The notes beneath the pieces are model-generated. The model was not told the origin of the DNA. It searched no databases and was given only the letters and a program-made list of their open reading frames with translations. Positions 60,813 through 64,000 of a DNA stretch of 64,000 nt are shown piece by piece; the first letter of the stretch is position 1; each line of letters starts with the position of its first letter. The stretch is from positions 4,040,305-4,104,304 of the forward strand of contig CBDCNM010000002.1 of assembly GCA_965219385.1 (NCBI GenBank). The letters run 5' to 3'. This DNA comes from Candidatus Latescibacterota bacterium (lineage in GTDB: Bacteria > Latescibacterota > UBA2968 > UBA8231). A program made the translations under genes and the position numbers.

Positions 60813-61570
60813 TGCAAACGGTATGGCTGGTGGCGAGCTTATTGGGGCTCGGAAGTGGAATGGCCGTGGCTCAATCCGCGGCTCTGGGGCTGTACAATGA
60901 AGCCAACGCTCTGTACCGGCAAGGCGAGTTCCAGGCAGCGCGGGACAGGTATCACCAGGTGGTCCAAACCGGCACCCAGAATGCCCAGCTTTATTACAAT
61001 CTGGGCAATGCCAGCTTCAAGGCGAATCAACTCGGGGAGGCCATCCTGTGGTACGAACGCGCCTTGCGGCTCGAGCCCCGCGATGCGGATATTCAAGCCA
61101 ATCTCCGCTTTGCCAATCGCATCAAAAGGGATAAGGATCCAGAATTGGAAGAAAACCCCGTTGTCCGTTTTTTCGTCGATGTGTATCTGCTTCCCACCTT
61201 GAACGAGCTGAGCCTGGCGTTCAGTCTCACCGCTTTTTTGCTCCTGGCGCTGGCGTCCTGGCGGCTGTGGAGCAGAGAGGGGACCAGAGTAGTGTGGCTG
61301 GTTCTGATCCTCGGCTGTTGCACCATGACGGTGGCGACAGGGCTCTTTCTGGGAGCGAGGATCTATCGGCACGGTCATCTGAGTGAGGCCATCGTCACTG
61401 TGGGGGAAGGCATTGCGCGGAGCGCACCCGACCAGGGACAGACCGTGGTGTTTCTGGTTCACGAAGGTACCAAGGTGAAGGTCGATAGGCAGGAACGCAA
61501 CTGGCTGTTGATACGCCTGCCCAATGGCCTCGGGGGGTGGTTGCCCGCCTCAGCCGTAACAGTGATTTGA
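60812..61570 (+). CDS. batE: BatE-like TPR + SH3 protein
   Basis: LYYNLGNA.FK...LG.AIL.YERALRL.P, two TM helices, C-terminal F.VHEGTKV...W..I...G..GW. Confidence 0.87.
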   Translation: MQTVWLVASLLGLGSGMAVAQSAALGLYNEANALYRQGEFQAARDRYHQVVQTGTQNAQLYYNLGNASFKANQLGEAILWYERALRLEPRDADIQANLRFANRIKRDKDPELEENPVVRFFVDVYLLPTLNELSLAFSLTAFLLLALASWRLWSREGTRVVWLVLILGCCTMTVATGLFLGARIYRHGHLSEAIVTVGEGIARSAPDQGQTVVFLVHEGTKVKVDRQERNWLLIRLPNGLGGWLPASAVTVI

Positions 61571-61725
61571 ACGAGATACCATCAAGTACTGATACTTGTT
61601 TTAAACGGGGGGGATACTTATCTTAAAACTGCAGTACAGCTATTCCTTCCATTCCCCATATCATTTCCCCTGTTCCGTGCCGCGTACAATCCCTGAATCG
61701 CCTCTTTTTTACCTGGAGTAGATCC

Positions 61726-63732
61726 ATGAAATACCTGCTTACCGGAGGAGGAACCGGAGGTCATGTTTATCCTGCTCTGGCCATAGCAGATGAGATTCGT
61801 TGCCGCCAGAAGGACGCGGTATTCCTCTATGTAGGACTCAAGACCAAGCTCGAGTCCTGGGTGGTTCCCAAACGGGATTACCCGCTTTGTTTCGTGCGCT
61901 CAAAACCCTTTCCGCGCTCCTCCTCGGTGTTGGGATTCCTGGGTTTTGGTTGCGCCCTTGGGCTGGGTGTGCTGAAAGCTATGTATATCTTGTCGCGGTT
62001 TCGTCCCGATGTCATCATTGGTACAGGGGGGTACGTCAGTGCCCCTATCATGTTTGCTTTTGCCGTTTTGAGCAAAGCAGGACTGTCGCGGGCAAAGGTT
62101 TTCGCCTATGAGCCCAATGTCCATCCAGGGATGCTGAATCAGGTGGTAGGAGGTCTGGCGCACCGCATTGGGGTGGCCTTTGAACAAGCGGGCCGCTGGT
62201 TCGATATGAAGCGGATCTCCGTTGTGGGGTATCCGGTGCGGCGAGAACTGGAAAGACTGGATAGACAGGAGGCCCGGAGGCGTCTGGGAATTGACCCTGA
62301 TAGGGTGGTGGTACTGGTTTTGGGTGGGTCGGGAGGAGCTCGGGTGATCAACGAAGGCGTGGTTGATGCCCTGCCCTTTTTGCAGCAGCGGCCCGAAGTG
62401 CTGGTGCTGCACGTAACTGGTCGTTACGCCGGACCCGACTATAACGCCATCGAGCATACCCGGGCGCATCTGGCCCGGTTGTCGATTGAAGAGGATACCT
62501 CTTTTTATCGACGCGTGGACTACATGGAGAATATCCAGGATGGGTATGCCGTTGCCGATATGGTAGTCTGTCGCGGGGGAGCCGGTACTTTGACCGAGAT
62601 CTGCGTTTGCAGTTTGCCTGCCCTGATCGTGCCCCTGGCTGGCGCCCCGGATGATCACCAGTCGATCAATGCCCGCGAGTTGGAGGACCTGGGAGCCGCT
62701 CGCGTGCTGTATCAGGAGGCCTGGTGGGACGCGGGTCAGATCCGCACCCGGGTGGAAGGGGAGCGTCTGGCCCGGCACGTTCTGGCCTTGGTCGACCATC
62801 CGGATCAGAGGCACAAAATGGCCGAGACCGCCGGCAAAGTACCCCTCAGGAATAGTCTGGATATCATATTGCGGGAGATAGAGGGCTTGGTCGCGGGGCA
62901 CAGGCCGGCAGCACTCAATCTAGAATTTCCACTGCAACCGAAAGGACTGCCCGGCAATCCCAATACGCTGCTGCGCTACGTCCAGAGGTATCTGGAGGAA
63001 GTAGGTGGGCCCCAGGCCCTGGACCCCCAGGAGCGGGCCTATTTACGCTACCAGGCCGATCGTCTGCTGGCATCCGAAGCCTGGTTTGAAATTCCGCTGG
63101 GACAGCGCAATGTTGGGATCAAATTGGTGGGACACCTCCAGTACGAGCAGCATCTGCCTCTACTTTTGGGGATCTTGCAGGATCGCAAGCAGGTTGGTAC
63201 CTGGCGCCGTCTCTTTGGTGGAGATTACCACCATGGGGGCATTTTGCGGCGCAATGTCATTGAGCACGGCATTCGGTTGTTGCGCATCGCCAGCGATGAG
63301 GTCAGGAGAGTCCTGCTGGAGGTTATGGATGGAGATCCTTACTTTGAGGTGCGCGCCACGGCAGCCCAGGTTCTGGGAGAGCTCTTTCACCCGGACGAGC
63401 TTATCGAAGAAGCGCTGGTGAAGGCCTTGGACGACCGCGCTTCCGCCGTAGTCATACAGGCCATACGAGCCCTGGGCTGCATTGCCCGGCAGCCGGATGT
63501 GCCGGCGTCACTCAAAAGATTCTACCTTCACTCCGACTGGCAGTTTCGCCAGGAAGTCGTGAAGACCCTTGCCCGTTTGCTCGAACGCGAGGTTGTGTGT
63601 CCCGCGGATCTGACAGCCGATCTGGACCAGATTCTGGCGACCTCGCCTTATTTCGAACCAGAATTTCCCCTCAAGGAGAGCCTGCGCGAACTGGCCGTAC
63701 GAGTCCACTGCGCTCCCAAAGAACAGGGATGA
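61726..63732 (+). CDS. MurG-like GT28 glycosyltransferase fused to a C-terminal HEAT-repeat domain
   Basis: GGGTGGHVYPALA, GTGGYVSAP, GGSGGA, CRGGAGTLTE, HQ..NA. About 280 extra C-terminal residues with HEAT-like units (FEVRATAAQVLGEL, AVVIQAIRALGCI, WQFRQEVVKTL). Confidence 0.82.
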   Translation: MKYLLTGGGTGGHVYPALAIADEIRCRQKDAVFLYVGLKTKLESWVVPKRDYPLCFVRSKPFPRSSSVLGFLGFGCALGLGVLKAMYILSRFRPDVIIGTGGYVSAPIMFAFAVLSKAGLSRAKVFAYEPNVHPGMLNQVVGGLAHRIGVAFEQAGRWFDMKRISVVGYPVRRELERLDRQEARRRLGIDPDRVVVLVLGGSGGARVINEGVVDALPFLQQRPEVLVLHVTGRYAGPDYNAIEHTRAHLARLSIEEDTSFYRRVDYMENIQDGYAVADMVVCRGGAGTLTEICVCSLPALIVPLAGAPDDHQSINARELEDLGAARVLYQEAWWDAGQIRTRVEGERLARHVLALVDHPDQRHKMAETAGKVPLRNSLDIILREIEGLVAGHRPAALNLEFPLQPKGLPGNPNTLLRYVQRYLEEVGGPQALDPQERAYLRYQADRLLASEAWFEIPLGQRNVGIKLVGHLQYEQHLPLLLGILQDRKQVGTWRRLFGGDYHHGGILRRNVIEHGIRLLRIASDEVRRVLLEVMDGDPYFEVRATAAQVLGELFHPDELIEEALVKALDDRASAVVIQAIRALGCIARQPDVPASLKRFYLHSDWQFRQEVVKTLARLLEREVVCPADLTADLDQILATSPYFEPEFPLKESLRELAVRVHCAPKEQG

Positions 63733-63736
63733 GAAG

Positions 63737-64000
63737 ATGATCTATTACCTGGGAAAATACCTCCACGATACAGTCGAGGCCCTGTCTTTCCTGCGGCTGC
63801 TGGACTTTATCAGCTTCCGCGCCATTGCCGGCGCCATAACCGCGCTGCTCTTCACCATTCTTTGTGGGGACCGCATTATTCTGCATTTTTATCGCGCGGG
63901 GCAGCGGGACACTTCCCGGCGCTATGTCAATTTTCCCACCACCGGCAATCAGACCAAAACCTACGGCGGCGGACTGATCATAACGGCTATTCTATCCAGT
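63737..64000 (+). CDS. MraY-like (polyprenyl-phosphate transferase family) protein, 3' end outside window
   Basis: Manual translation MIYYLGKYL...LRLLDFISFRAIAGAITALLFTILCGDRII...NQTKTYGGGLII resembles the MraY N-terminus (YITFRA...TAL...G..I...KGTPTMGG). Confidence 0.65.
   Translation, partial: MIYYLGKYLHDTVEALSFLRLLDFISFRAIAGAITALLFTILCGDRIILHFYRAGQRDTSRRYVNFPTTGNQTKTYGGGLIITAILSS

Overview
Bacterial chromosomal window of moderately high GC. It is probably from an FCB-group lineage; this is an inference from the [18 protein letters not shown] insert in RpoC and from the Bat operon. (1) 1-6307, minus strand: DNA-repair cluster sbcD-sbcC-(inverted-repeat element)-ygfZ-dinB, with dinB running off the window. 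(2) 6549-36684, plus strand: greA, a ~360-nt hairpin-rich intergenic region, tRNA-Gly/Thr, rpmG, tRNA-Trp, secE-nusG-rplKAJL-rpoBC and the str, S10, spc and alpha operons. rplC (L3), a tRNA-linked tuf copy and adk/map/infA are absent from their usual positions. (3) 36799-43590: rlmD, lon with a candidate sigma-54 promoter, an NtrC-type activator with an atypical receiver domain, and a convergent ClpX-like ATPase of unusual architecture. (4) 43773-61570: LpoA-like protein, FmdB zinc ribbon, TPR lipoprotein, then a tightly coupled ~15-kb operon. In it a GldA/GldF/double-GldG/DUF4340 ABC module sits inside a MoxR-DUF58-BatABCDE operon, and BatC carries a 79-codon poly-Gln tract. (5) 61726-end: a MurG fused to a HEAT-repeat domain, followed by a divergent MraY-like gene outside any dcw context. 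No CRISPR array, rRNA, transposase or prophage gene was seen. All calls come from reading motifs by eye; no database search or folding program was run.
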